A stretch of 64,000 nucleotides of DNA, from NCBI RefSeq assembly GCF_048593235.1, contig NC_133618.1, forward strand, positions 505,319,675-505,383,674, given 5' to 3'. Under the pieces are notes generated by a model. The model did not search any database and was not told the DNA's origin. It was given only the letters and a program-made list of their open reading frames with translations. The position numbers and the translations under genes are program-made. This document shows positions 40,101 to 53,989 of the stretch, in pieces; the stretch's first letter is position 1; every line of letters starts with the position of its first letter. Source of the stretch: Sminthopsis crassicaudata. Its lineage: Eukaryota.

Positions 40101-42139
40101 CAAAGAGGAAAAGCAGAGATTATCTAATACAGATTTTACAGATAGAGAAACTGAGGTACAGAAAAATCAATTCATTTACCCAATGGCACAGAGCAAGGTA
40201 ATATAGACCCAAAATTAAAACTTGGTGGTTTTTTAAAATGACATTTTGAGTTTTTGCTCCAATTGTAGGTTAAAACAATTTTTAACATTTTAGAATTCAG
40301 CTTTTTGACTCCCAAATAACACTAAGAGAGGATACAGTTGAGGAGTAGAAAGAGCTTTCCACGTTGAACCAGAAGTTTACAATGGTTCAGTGATTTATTT
40401 TCTGTGTGACCTTAGGCAAATTCCTTACTTTTTCTGAACTTCAGTCTTCCCAATTGGAAAATGAGATTAATTCTACTTAAATGATTTACTTCTTAGGGTT
40501 GTTGCTGGGATCCATTGAGATAATATCTGCAAAGTTTTTAATCTAAACCTGAAGTCTTTTTGCTATTTTCAAGAGTTCTCTCCTGGGGTTTTTTTTTTTC
40601 TTCTTCTTTAAGTCTTCACCCTCTATTAAGCACAAGTTCCCTGAGAAATTAGATATTCTGCTCTTTTGTACGGAGAGGTAGAATAATATGTACTCCCAAA
40701 GAGGCCTATACTAAAAAGAGAGGCCCATCTACATAGTAAAACATTTAGAAAAGTACTTTTGGTGGTCACTATATGTCAGGTCCTGGCACCTATTATTCCA
40801 TTTGATTCTCACAACCCTAGAAAGGAAGTGCTATTATTATTATCTCCATTTTACAGATGAGGAAACTAAGGCAAACAAAGATTAAGTAATTTGACCAAAG
40901 CCTAAAGTCAGATTTGACCTCAGATCTCCTTAACTTCAGGCCCAGGCTCTATGGACTACACTATCTAGTTTCCTCCTAATGAAATTCTGCAAAGTTATAA
41001 TAAACCAGCTAGGCCACAAAGAAAAGATAACCCCTTATCATTTTTGGAAATGAGGGTCAACCCACTGGAAACACTGCATACTAAATCAGAATTTTTTGTT
41101 ATGTTCATTGTTTTTTTCTTTCTTTAAAAAAAATTCTTTGATATATAAAGGTTAGTTAGAAGTTGGGGAGGGAAAGTGATATGTGAAATGAGGAAAAATG
41201 GTATAATGGACAGAGCACTGGACTTGGAGTCAGAAGACCTCAATTTGAATCAGGATCCAGCACTTAGTAGCTTTTTTTTGGTGGATGGGAAAGTAATTTG
41301 TTTTGAGTCTGGATTTCCCCAATTGTAAGATAGAAATAATCTTTACAGAGTGCTCTGAAAATCTGAAAATGTTAGTAAATATGAGGTAGCTTTTGTAATT
41401 TGTAATCTCTATAGCATCTAGTATAAGACTGGGCACATATTAGCAATGATAAATACTTTTTAAACTGGCATTTTTTTTGGGGGAAAAAAAAAAGATCATT
41501 TGGACTTTTCCGTTTTATTCTCCTTTATTCTCATGCCATTTTCATCTATAGCTCTTATTTGAAAAATTCCAAGTTGTATTCACCTCAAATTGTTTTCTTG
41601 CCCATTTCTTAGCTGAAAGGTAAAGAAGAAAACGCTTCCTGTCTTATTCCATACCACTAACACACATTCCCCCTTCCCCTCCCACAACTACTCCTCCTCT
41701 TGCTCCCTTACCTTTATAGGATGAGAGCAAAAAGGCACTTGAGAGATTCCACACTGGAAATATGAAGAAACTAAAGGTCCAAATGGTCAAAAATGACTCA
41801 GTATTTAAGGTACTGAAAACATCACCCTCAACTTTTAGGGATTTCAGTAGGAATATAGAATTTCTATTTGATCCTTCCATTGCAGGAAAGCTTTGGCATG
41901 GGTAGCACCTGAAAACTTACAGAAATGAATGCTGCTTCTGATAAGGGATCCTCAAGCTCAGGAACTGAGATGGCCACTGGAAATAACTTAATGATATTTA
42001 ATAAGTGATTTGGGTGTGTGGAGCACTGTGCTAGGAGATACAAAGTCACTGTGCCTGCCCCTCAAGAAGCTTAAAGTCTAGTAGGTAGATAAAGCACAAA
42101 ATACAAGCAATAAACTTAAGAATAGCATTTTCATTCTTT

Positions 42140-42340
42140 GTCTTTGAATTCCTAGTCTTTTGTGTTCTGTTTTTTTCAAAGAGGACCAATGACTTAATGG
42201 GGTGATGTCTTGACTTCTCCACGAATTAGATTTCAAATGGGATAGAGTTGTACAAAACATCAGTCTCATTAGCTCTTTCGGAATCTTAGAAGTCCAGTGG
42301 CAGGATAAAAGTCAAGATGATTGGTAATGACCCGGGGTGC
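42140..42340 (-). mobile_element. RTE-derived element 3' end
   Basis: TTCAAAGAGGACCAATGAC...AAGTCCAGTGGCAGGATAAAAGTCAAGATGATTGG, the reverse complement of the 34780 family. Confidence 0.7.
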
Positions 42341-42440
42341 AGTAAAGTATAAAACAAAGCCATAGAAGAATTCCTAGGAGGAAGGTTGTTAACTGACTGC
42401 TGATTCAAGCAGGGAAGGTGTCTTGGAAGAAGTGACATTC

Positions 42441-42606
42441 TATGCACATGTTTAACCTACATTGGATCCCTTGCTGTCTAAGCGAGGGGGGTGGGGGAAA
42501 GGGAGGGAGAAAGATTTGGAACACGAGGTTTTGCAAGGATGAATGCTGAAAATTACCTTTGCATGTATTTTGAAAATAAAAAGCTATTATTTAAAATAAA
42601 AAGAAG
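42441..42606 (+). mobile_element. Very short 5'-truncated L1 insertion
   Basis: L1 terminal UTR flanked by TSD AAGAAGTGA(C/T)ATTC at 42427-42440 and 42607-42620. Confidence 0.9.
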
Positions 42607-43008
42607 AAGAAGTGATATTCAAGTTAGCATTTAAAGGAGAAGATAGTAAATCCCTGTCTCTCTTCTAACCCTGTCAGGTGTTGTTCATTCATTTCTGATG
42701 TGATGGATTTTTCATGATCCCATATGAGGTCTGAGGAAACTGGCAAACAAAGTTAAGTGATTTGCCAGCTAATTGAGTGGACACTGAGGCTGGATTTTAA
42801 CTCAGATGTATAAATTCCTCAAGAGACACAGGTGATCCATGCTTTCTTACCTTGTTTAATACGAATCTATATGCTCCTAAAAATCCTACATGTCTACAGA
42901 ATATGTTAAGAAGCCTTCCTCATTTGTTCTTTACATTACTGGGTACCAATGGAACATTTGAACTGACAACTGATTATCAAATGAGATAATATTTCTAAAA
43001 TGCTAAGT

Positions 43009-43550
43009 TATAGTGCCCTCCTTTTGTTCCCCCCTCACACACCCCATCAGTATTTCCCCTGTTTCTACTACCTAATTGACCCACCTTCTTTTCTTATATC
43101 TCTCTAATGATATTGAATGGGACTGACTGAAGTTATCTCAGTTTGAGACTAGGCCTATGTCACATGATCCCTATTCCCAGAACTGGGAGATCAGGCCTTG
43201 GACTCTGGGCCCAAGAAGGACTCTGGGAAATCACATGATCTCTAAAGATCAGACCAGAAGTGACAGGAAGTGACATGACCTGTGGGAAGCAGACAACATT
43301 GGTGACCATTGATCAAGGATAGTTACATCCTTTTAGTCTATCCAATGAAAAGGCTTGGATCTTTTTCTATTTAACTGGGTGTTCCACTTCCTGCTGATCA
43401 GATTCCACAAGCACATGGTGGGAGTTGGAATGCCTCTCAGGTGTGTCTGGGCCTCTCCCCGAAGGGACTAAATAACGGCTTTCTCTTTGTACCTGAAGAT
43501 GTCTCAGATTAGTTAATTTAGGAAAGGGGGTCTTGCACCTGTCCCACACA
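43009..43550 (+). mobile_element. Probable solo LTR
   Basis: Tandem ETS-like GAAGTGAC motifs, CCAAT (43342), TATTTAA (43368) and an end in CCCACA(CA). No TSD recognised. Confidence 0.55.
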
Positions 43551-45769
43551 ATATCCTTTACCTGGCTTCCCTTCTGTAAATCTTACTTGTAACATGCTAT
43601 TACCTACATACACCCACCATCTGCCTCTCTCTATTGCCCTTTGGAATACTCCAAGCACTATGGGTGCTATGCCATAATTCACATCCACATGCCATCATGT
43701 GGAATATCTAGATACATAAAAACAGAAGGACTTCCTTGGAGCTATAACAAAGAGGCAATTCAAGTTACTTTCCCTATAGAATTTAAGATCCTTGAAGGTA
43801 GAAATTTTAATTTTTATCTCTGTATTTCCAGAATCCAGCATAGTGCCTAGCCAATAAGAGATGTTTAATAAATGCTTGATGTTTGATTCCCAAAGCTGAA
43901 CTGACCTAAAAGAATCCTGGCCAACTTGAAAGATTTTAGCGTGCTCTCCCCTTGTTCTTCAAAAGGGCTTAGAATTTTAAAAAGGCACAAGATTGACTTA
44001 GGAATAAGAGTCATTTCTCAGGGTCCAGAACACATACTACAGTCAGAGGCAAGCCTTGTGCTAGCAATATAGCCATGTGTCTATTTGGGGGGGGGGGGGA
44101 AAATGTATAGCAGACCACACTTGCCTTCCTTCCCAATAGAAAATCCAGTGCTGAAATCCTAACCCCACAACACCTCCCCTCCCCCCAAGGAATGTACCAG
44201 ATGTAGCTGGAGACAAGTGCAAAGGCAAATTTGAGCCCCAGGACAGGCAAAACAATCCATTATCTGAGCTCTTTTCTTCATCCCTTTTGGAAAATTGTTC
44301 TTGGAAATAACCCTGTCACTTCTGCATAACTGTTTTGATAGATAACTGAATTACCCTGCAAAAGGGGCCAAAGTTGACATGTCTAGAAAGAAGCTACCAG
44401 ACAATCCAGGAATCCTGCAGGCAGAAATAAAGCATGAACTGCTTTTCCACTTATTTCTGGGTGGTATGTGCCCACCAACCAATGCCTTCCCATTGATTCA
44501 CACCTAAGCTTTTATACTAGGACACTTAGCTTGGGCTCCTGAATAATGAACCCCGAAGGGCCTGGCTAGTTCCTGAAATAAAAAGCTAAGACTTAGCCAC
44601 CTAGGACTTGGGTATTTCTAGTTTGTAAAAGACCATAGAACTCAAAGAAGAGGGTTTTCTCCCAAACAAAGGTCTATCTATGTGTAGAGGAGATGAGCCA
44701 GACTCTCTAACTAAAGCCTTTCCTTCCAACCCCACTGGACCCCAGGCAGTATTTTTAGATTAAGCTGCCAATTCATCAACCATTGGGATGCATAATGAGG
44801 CTCTTATGGTAAATCATCTCATTATGCAAAGTGCAGGGGTTGTTAAAATGATCATTTTTAAAGTGGGGCGGGGGAGGGAGGGGCAGTGCATCAGAAGTAG
44901 AGTTGGGATCTCTGGAGGTTTCCAAGCTGTAAGTCAGAAAAGCAGGCTGGGGGGTTAGAGGCCCTCCGTTCAGATGCCAGCCGTGCCCCTTGATGCCCCG
45001 AGCAAGTGACAACCTCTTTGGGTCTTCTTTTCCTCATACACAAAGTCAAGAAGTTAAACTGTGGGGGTAAGGCTTTAAAGTATCTCCCAGTCCTAAATGG
45101 TCTTATGAAAAGGAAGATGGCAAAGATTCCAGGATTTCCGACTCAATCTGAAAGAAGGGCCAAGCTAAAAATGTCTCCTAATTAATACCATTAGGATCTG
45201 GTCTCAGACAAAGAGCTTAGTTAGTGGTTTTTGAATATATTCTTGACAGACACCAGATTGTTTAAATTACCTAGAAAAATTCTCACACTCTGTTGTGCAA
45301 GTATGAGAAAATTATCCAACCCTACTTAAGTGAGGTTGAGGGCTGGCTTGTGTATACTACTTGTCTCTATGCTTCAAGGTTACTCCTATACACATAGGTG
45401 GGAAAAGGACCCTCAAGGCAGAGAGACTGAGCATTGGCCCATAACAATTGACAAGTCATGTAAGCTCATCTGTAAAATAATAATGATGATAATAATAATA
45501 GCAGTTGCCTCACAGGATCATGGTGAGATTCAAAAGAAAGATAAGGACTTAGGCAAAACAAAGGCACAAAGTGGTTTGCGTGGGTCCATGTGATGCAAAT
45601 AGTGTCCCCTTGAACTTTTGGGGCTATCTTCCCAGAGGAGAGGGCCTCAGAGTTTCCCTCCCATTGCCCACATGGTTAGGGTGCTAAGGGCAGTAGTTCT
45701 GTTGTGAACTAGCTGTAAGATCATGAGACAAGTCACCTATGCAGCAAAAGCTACAAAACAGAGTTTGAG

Positions 45770-45890
45770 TTATTATTTTGTTGATTGTCAGACTTAAGAA
45801 AAGTGTTAATAATGCATTTTAGACTTTAAAGTATGTGTATATTTCTTTTAAGGAGAGCCAAGTTGTTAAACATTTACCAGCAAACCCCTA
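45770..45890 (-). mobile_element. hAT-like DNA transposon end fragment
   Basis: Reverse complement GCTGGTAAATGTTTAACAAC matches the element at 48358. Confidence 0.5.
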
Positions 45891-46724
45891 TAATGCTTTA
45901 TAAACATTGCTTTAGTTCAAGAGGGTGGTGAAAGGTTCAGAGAATGAAGTCATTACTGGATTACAGGTTAACAACAACACTAATATTCATAATTCCATTT
46001 GAGCTTTGCATCGCTATTTACACTTCATACTCAAGCCCAGGTACACACATACATACATAGATACACCCATACACACTATATATATTATTCGATCCTCACA
46101 AGAATTCTATGAAGACAGGGTAACTCTATTTTGCAAAGAAGAGCACTGAGTCCCAGACAAGTCCCAAGACAAGACTGAACTACTCAATGACAGAGCCAAG
46201 TATATAACCCATGTCACAGAACCTCAGCTTTGGACTGGTCATCTATCCTTTACTTGTAAGCCTACATTTACTGGGAACACCCATCAATACCTCTGGAGGC
46301 ATTCTATTTTGGAATAAATCTAATTATTAGCAACTTTTCTCTTCAATGGAGCCTAAATTAGCCTCTCTGGGATTTCTACTCAGTCCTCTTAGTTTTCTCA
46401 TCTGGGACCAAGAAAACCAATCTAATGCAAATGACAGTCTATCAAATACTCAAAGAAAGCAATTCTTGCCTTCCCTAAATCTTCTCTTCAACCCACATAC
46501 TTTTTTCAACAGATCCTTATGTGACACAATCCCCAGGTTCCTCATGAACCTAATTGTCTTCCTTTGAACACTTTCCATCTTGTCAGTGTTCTGCCAAAAA
46601 AGTGGAACCAATCACAATAAAAAAATAACTGGAAATTATATAACACTTCAATGTTTAAAAAACACTTCATATATACTGTCTCATTAGAGGCTCAATATAA
46701 TTCAAAGAGATGTCTAACTCATTT

Positions 46725-46965
46725 TATGTGGTTCAGTTACTTCTGTCATTTCAGACTCTTCTCGACCCCATTTGGGTTTCCTTGGCAAAGATAAGCATCA
46801 TTTCATATTATAGCTCATTTGACAGATAAGGAAACTGAGGCAAACAGGGTTAAAGGACTTGCGCAGGGTTACACAGCTAGTAAGGGTCTGAGGTCATATC
46901 TGTGCTTAGATCTTCCTGACTCCTGGCCCAGTATTCTATTTCACTTTGCCACCTAGTTGTCCCAT
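46725..46965 (-). mobile_element. CORE-SINE (MAR1-like)
   Basis: CAGATAAGGAAACTGAGGCAAACAGGGTTAAAGGACTTG...GCCACCTAGTTGTCC. Confidence 0.8.
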
Positions 46966-47089
46966 GCGCATTTTGTAGATAAAGAAACCAAGACACAGGA
47001 AGCCATGTACCATACTCACACCGCTCTTAATGAAGGATTTGCAACCAAGTCTTCCTACTTCCAGATTCACTAGTGTGAACCTAACACTC

Positions 47090-47920
47090 TCCAAAATAAA
47101 TCAACATTTGAGAAGTGAGATGCTAGAGACAAAATAGTCTTAAGTCCTCTCCTATCAGTCACTACACCTTTCTTAAAATAGCTTAAGATTGTATTAGCTT
47201 TCTTGGCTTCCATGTCATGACCATTTCACATTTGAACCTTAGGTTTTTTTGAGACTAATATCTAATCATACCTTCCCTACCTTGTATTTGTAAAGTTACA
47301 TATTTTAACCCAAGATTTTATATTTATTCCTATTGTAGTTCCTGTTACATTTCATTTTATTAGATTCTTCCCATTTTTCCCTGCTCAGACCCTTTTATTT
47401 CTTGGCTCAGCCATCCAATAATCACAGCTATCAACTGAATTCTTGTGCAATCTACACATTTTATCAATGCTACTTATACCTTTATCCAAGTCATTGATTC
47501 AAAATGCTGAAACAGATCACAGGGGCACTTTACTGATATTTCTCTATAGTAACACAAAACCATGACTACTCTTTAAATCTGTGCCATTCAGCCAGGGCAG
47601 AACCTATCTAACTGGACTGTTGTCTGAGCCACATCTCTCTTTTCCTCTACAAGAGCAAGTGAGCCTTTCTCAGATGCTCTCTACCAAGTCCTAGCCAAAT
47701 TATAGCTCATACAGCATCTCCAGATGTAACACTCTAGCAGCCCTGTCAAAAAACAAAAAAAAAAGAAAAAAGAAAGCAATTACATTGGTCTGACATAACC
47801 TGTTCTTGATGAGGACATAGAGGTGAGTTGTGAGCCTTTCTTTCTTTTTTAGGTGTTCATTAATCACAACTTTAATTACATGTTCTAGAATTTTGCCACA
47901 AATCAAAGTCAAACTCAAAG
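47090..47920 (-). mobile_element. L3/CR1 reverse-transcriptase fragment
   Basis: ORF 47700-47918 SLTLICGKILEHVIK...KNRLCQTNVIAFF matches the CR1 RT pattern SLTSxPGKILE...KxRSCQTNL. Confidence 0.85.
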
Positions 47921-48357
47921 GACTTCTAATTTTAAAGCCAACTTACTATGTATACTATACACGTGCATATGTACAATCTAGTAAGTCTTTCAATGCATAG
48001 ACATGAATAGAAGCACAGTTTAGTAACTCTCTCAACACACCCTGCACAGATACAGATCCTTTTTATACTGTCTGGCTCAAAGGCTCCTTTTGAGCCTTGT
48101 TTAAAAGCATTTGCATCGTTCTGAGCACTGGACACAAAACCACTTTGCTGTTCTGTATTCCAAGTACGCACTGAAGTTTGCCACTCAGGACACTCTCCTC
48201 CTTGATCTGCATCTGATGCAAATACCTTACTACCCACACACATTTTAGTTCTATTCTTGTTTAATTTCACAATTAGCTCATTTGGTTTCCAAAACGGATC
48301 TGTGTCAGTGTGTCTTTCAATCTCCAAGTTCCCAGAAGGCAAATTCTGGACTATATC

Positions 48358-48480
48358 CAGTGGTATGCTGGTAAATGTTTAACAATTGGCTAACCGGGAA
48401 GGGGAGAGGGAAGATGAAGAAGTTTAATCTGCCTTTCTCTTATTTTCTTCATTACTTCCTGACAATCAGTTAAGAAAAAG
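48358..48480 (+). mobile_element. hAT-like DNA transposon end fragment (MER63-like)
   Basis: CAGTGGTATGCTGGTAAATGTTTAACAA terminus. Family name recalled, not searched. Confidence 0.5.
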
Positions 48481-50199
48481 AACACAAGTCCTGATCTATA
48501 GTGTTTGCCCATTTTTGAGGTACAAATGCTTTTTTTCCTTACCTTTTCCTTCCTCCCTCCCTTCCTTCCTTCCCTTTCTCTTTGTCTCTCTTTCTATACA
48601 CACAAATATATACTTGTATATAAACACACAAGATGTATATATATGAATATAAAATAAACATAAATTTATATGTAAACACACACAAATACACACACATATA
48701 CAAAATCTTTAATTTAAAATAGAAAGGGAACAAGGAATTTTACAGGTCATATAGCCCAACCATCTCATTTTTACAGATGAGGAAACCAAGACTCAAAGAG
48801 ATTACATGTCTTGGCCAGAACCACACAACCACTAAATATCAGATGTGAGATTGGAACCCAGGTCTTCTTTGCTCTAACTCCAGCATTTTGTTCACAATGT
48901 TAAACTGTTTCTCTTCCAACCTACCCCTTGGAGCCCCAAGTAGAAGGCCATTAAAATTTAATATAATCAAGTTCTGATAGCTACAAATATGAAGGCTACT
49001 TGATTCACATCAAAACCTTCCTGATCCTTCCATTGCATTTCTGTAGGCAATGATCTGTGAAAGGATTAATTTGCTGATCTTATTACCTAAATCGAAAGAG
49101 ATTTTGCAAGTCATGAGAAACATGCTTTCAAGATTTCCCTGGTGTGAATTGAAAATTATTGGTCATTTTTTTCCCCCTTCCCCACTCTTTGAACTGAAGT
49201 CAAAAGGCAATTCTAAGACACATTGAAAATGAATGATAAAAAAATAGGCAGTAAGATGTTTGCTTAAAATTCCAATGTTTGTGACAAGTTGGGCTAGTAG
49301 TAGACAGTGATAAACACACACATACACACAGCTTTATCAGTTATTACACACAGCAAAAACTTACCTAATTCCTTTGTTCTGTGCAATACTGTGCAGAGAG
49401 AGTCTAGACACTGCAGAGATGACCTGATGGGAAGGCAAAGGAAATGCTTTTGTAATTTTCCAAGAAAGAGAAAAATAATAATAAAATGTTTTGTGGCTAT
49501 ACAAAAGTGAACATTTTATCTGGATTATTTTTTAAAATATAAAAACACAATAATGACCAAACTAGTAATTAATTTGCATGTCTGATCTTCAGGTTAAGAC
49601 ATAAGCTTGGACATTTCAAACCAATACCTTGTAAAGAACCACAGATAGTGGTGGAACTCCAGAAAAAAATTTCAATTATATAGAAGATAGCATGTCAAGA
49701 CAGTGATCCAATACACCAGGGTCATTACAGTCATGTTATCATGCCATTCAAGAGACATTGATCCAATTACAAAAGGGACTTTCTAAAAGAAGAGAGGCTG
49801 ACAACCAGACTATTCCCTTAAATCTTACCTTTGCCCAACCCCAGTCACTACTCAATTAGATATAGGAATCATTTTCCTCCCCAATATTCCAAGCACCCCA
49901 CACATAGTCCCTCACATTTCTTTAATAGTATTAGAGGAGGAGAAGATACCAAAAATCATGGGGAGAATAAGTGATTTACCTACAGTCTCACATATACTTG
50001 TTTGCCTTTTAAAGTCAAATAATATATGCTATTGTGTTTGTAACCTGGAGTTAGGTAGTATATTGGATGAGAGCAAATTTGTGGCTTTAAAACCAAATGA
50101 TTTTTAGTAGATAAAGGAACAAAGGATAGGAATAAATTGTTTCCCCCAGATTGCAAACTGTCATTTAAGACCACTTGAAAGATAGCTCAAAATCATTAA

Positions 50200-51110
50200 C
50201 AATAAAACATACTTCTAAGTTTTTTCCATAATCAGAAAATTAGAAAAGAAGACAAAAAAATGGAAATAATTTATGTTAGAGGGGCTTCAATAAAACAGGC
50301 ACATTATTACACTTTTGGTATACATGGTTAAATTGGTCCAACGATTCTGGAAAATAATTTGAAATTAGGTAAAAAAAAAATTAAAAAGTGAGCCCATCTC
50401 TGATGTATACTCCAAAAAAGTAAAAGACAGAACAAAAGATCCACTATATTAAACTATCAAATAAGATATTTGTAAAAAGTGCTAACAACATCTGGATTTG
50501 AGAGGTACTATGTAAATGCTTATTTTCTTTCTCCCTCAAATGAGATAATATAGAGAAAGTACTTTGCAAATTTTGAAGTACTATATAAATGTCAGTTATT
50601 AAAAGGGCTCATTAGGTGGTACAATGGACAGAGTGCTGAGACTGGAGTCAGAAAGACCAGAGTTCAAATCCAGCCTCAGATACTTACTAGGTGTGTGACC
50701 CTGGCAAGTTAATTCATCCTGTTTGCCTCAATTTCCTTATCTGTAAAATGGGGACAATAATAGCACCAATCTGTCAGAGTTGTTATGAGGATCAAATGAG
50801 ATAATATGTACTTAACATAGTGCTTGGAACATAATATAAAATGCTAAATATAAAGTGTTAGCTATTACTAATTGTATTAATATTAACAGCATCTCTTTTT
50901 GAAGTAGCAAAGTGTAGAAACAAAGTCAAGGTCCATTGACTAGACAATGGCTACACAAATGGGGCATGAATATAATGTTAGATTTCTGTGTCATGAAAAC
51001 TAGAATTCAAAGAAACATGGGAAGACATATAAACAGATAGAAGCAGAAGCAGAAAAACAAAAACATTGACTATGAAATAAAAACCGAAAGAGCTTTAAAA
51101 AAAGGAAAGG
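50200..51110 (+). mobile_element. Old L1 fragment with nested MIR-type SINEs (about 50455-50870)
   Basis: L1 GGTCCAACGATTCTGGAAAATAATTTG breaks at about 50450 and resumes at about 50880 (ACAGCATCTCTTTTTGAAGTAGC). Confidence 0.65.
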
Positions 51111-51456
51111 AGGAGAGAAAATGAAATTGAATACTTATTATTATACTGATCACACTTGGCTTCCTTTGTGATAGATGTGGAATAATATGAATGTTGAGAG
51201 AAATGATTATTAAATAAAGAAGATTCAGGATTTTTTTCCTTCCTCTTTTGAAGATTAGATAGAGCAGATGACGAGATAAAATTTTGGAGTTGTTGCTCCA
51301 CTAGAGAAACTTAGAAAAATTTTAATCTAAGGTGAATTCTGAATCACTGTTCCACTTAGCCAAATCTGAATAGAAGTGGATTTCCTTTTGTCTAGATTGG
51401 GGTTCCTTGGACTTTTTCCACTCATGACTCAAGAAATTTTTACACAATCCTGGGTA

Positions 51457-51819
51457 TGTAAATATATAAAATAAGTATATGAATTATAATTTTATGATTC
51501 CCACATTCAGTTATACAACCTATTATCTTAAAAAGCTTTGGTCTCGGATAAGTCTGGATAAGAGATGAGTTACTATGTCCAAAATGGAATGATTAGTCAA
51601 GTTCTCCAATCTCTCATTATAATAAGCTCACCTCTTCTTATAAATGACCAATCAGAATTGTTGACATTCTCAGGAACATCCACTCCTCCAAGGACATATA
51701 AATGCTGAGCGAGTTCCATAAAGGAGTTTTGATATTCAAGAATGCCACTGAACTCTTTTTATTAATTATTTTGAACATGATTAATAAAGTGATTAATTAC
51801 CCAGAAACTACATTTTATT

Positions 51820-51823
<4 letters not shown>
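51457..51823 (+). mobile_element. Probable solo LTR (367 bp)
   Basis: TGTA...TTACA ends, CCAAT 51648, TATAAA 51697 and AATAAA 51783 in U3-R-U5 order. Runs into a (TA)n array. Confidence 0.65.
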
Positions 51824-51864
<41 letters not shown>

Positions 51865-53989
51865 GTATATATATATATATCACAATGTATATTTTTATAT
51901 ATATTGTCCCCAGCTCATCAGGGTAAATATCAAGCACCAAATAGCAAGAAGAAACAGAAGAAAACAACCCTTTTATAAAAGAATTTTGACTAGAAGAGCA
52001 CTAAAATCTCTCTCCAACTCTATATCTTAAGATTCTCTCATAACTGCTAGAATAAGAAGACTAAATCTAACCCCTACCATGAAAGGTAACAAAGATATAG
52101 CCTAGAGCTAATTTATTTCCAAGGTGCCATCACATATTCACTAAAAGAATGTCAGAGCAGAACAAGAACTTAAAGCACAGAGACAAAAGGATGGTGACTT
52201 GGGAAGTGTGTGTGTGTGTGGGGAGGAGGTGTGTATTTCTTTGAATCAGTCTTACAACAGGATTCTATTGTTGGAATCTTCCTTATTTTCTTAGAGATGA
52301 GCCAATAATTTTTACCATAGAGATGGCCTAACCTTAGCTCCTAATACTTAGTTAATGTACTTCTGAGCAACTGAGGATAGCATTTATTTATAACTGTTCT
52401 TGGCTTTGAGTATCTCCACATATTTCACAAATATTTTGGACAATGGAATACACTACTAATACCCCTGAATCTAGTTTCATGTCAGTTTTAAAGATGTCAT
52501 ATGGGAGGCACAAAGATTGAGCTCTTAAAAAACAAAATAAACAAAACAAAAAAAAAAAAACAACACGATTTTCTGCCTTCTATTCTGCCCAGAAGGAAAA
52601 TTCTCCATAATCCATTGGGATGCTCAGCTGTCATGGCTTGCTCTAACATATAAGCCTGATCCCAGAGCACCTAGCTGCTGGGCTAAGTTTCCACTTGGCT
52701 ATGTGAACTGTCACTTACAGTTTGTAAAGAGATCAGTGGTAAGTATGTGTTATTAACCAAAGACTGCTGCTTAAATGGAGTTAAATTTGCCAAACTGGAA
52801 GAAAAACCATCCTCTGACCTCAGGCAGCCAAGGCCAGAGGCTTGCCAGCTGCTTCTGCTCAGTGTCATCCTGATTTTGAGATGTGACAGGCAAAGAAATG
52901 TGTGTTCCCCAAGGGTGACCCCATCCTCATCTGCCTCATTCTGCTAACTCATGTCATTGGGCTGAGAAAAAAGGTCCCCAAAGAGAATCAGAGATCTCCA
53001 TACAGCACCCACGATTTATCCCAGTCCCAGAAAAGAGCCCAAGTGTGTGAAACACTGTTCAAAAAGATTAACACTTGTAAAGGAAATAAAATTTTGCAGT
53101 CAAAGGCCATCATATCAGCTCAACTCAAGCCACTGGAAGGAAAAAACTCATGATACTCCATCCCACGTACAGCCTGAGGACTCATCTGTTGCTCTGCAAA
53201 ATAAGGGCTGAGATCCTCCTCAGTGCTACTAGAAAGACAAAACTCAGACAGGTAAAACCTTCCCTCATTTAACACATTCCCTCAGATAAAGAAATGCACA
53301 CTATGGAAGAAAAAATTAGATCCTTTGGACTCAAAAATTCTAAGGAGGGAGATTTCAGAGATGAGGAAAATGATATAAACAGATGTGATGTGACTTGCCT
53401 TGGATCATACAGTGAGGATAGGGGATTTGAACTCAAATCTTTCTAGCTCTAAGCACAAAACTCCATCTATCATACCACCTAGAAGAAAAAAAGACAGTCA
53501 TCAAGTGATGATGATTACAATGATTACAACAACTCCCTTGTACATATTTAGCATTTGATAAAATGTTTATTAACTGACAAATGCTTTGAATTTGTGAATC
53601 ATTTTACTGTTACTTTATCTGATTCCTACAAAAGTAATGATGAGGATTAGGTGTCCTTATTGTCCCCATCACACAAATTAGGAAATCGAGGCTGAAAAAG
53701 TCATAAAGCCTGAAGCAAAATTTAAACACATCTTTCCTATTCTAATTCCAGTGCTCTATCCACTAAGAGTCCTGACTGCCTGGGCTCAGAGGCAAGACAA
53801 GATTTAGATCCAATAAACAGAAAAATAAAGAGCAACAGGCAATAAAGTGTCAAGAAGAGTGATCACAGACACTTAAAATTCAACAAATATTAAGTGCCCA
53901 CCATTTAATGCCAAGCACAATCCAAAGTGTAAGGGATGCCAAGTGCCTGTTTTCATGTACTTATAAGTTATAGTCTACTGGAAACATCA

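Noticed and set aside
47932-48342. 136-aa minus-strand ORF as a coding exon
   Set aside because: No recognisable domain and no convincing acceptor/donor pair. Kept only as a possible regulatory region.
45770-48480. Inverted pair of hAT ends as one composite transposon
   Set aside because: The elements extend outward from their matching termini, so they do not enclose the interval as TIRs would, and there is no shared TSD.
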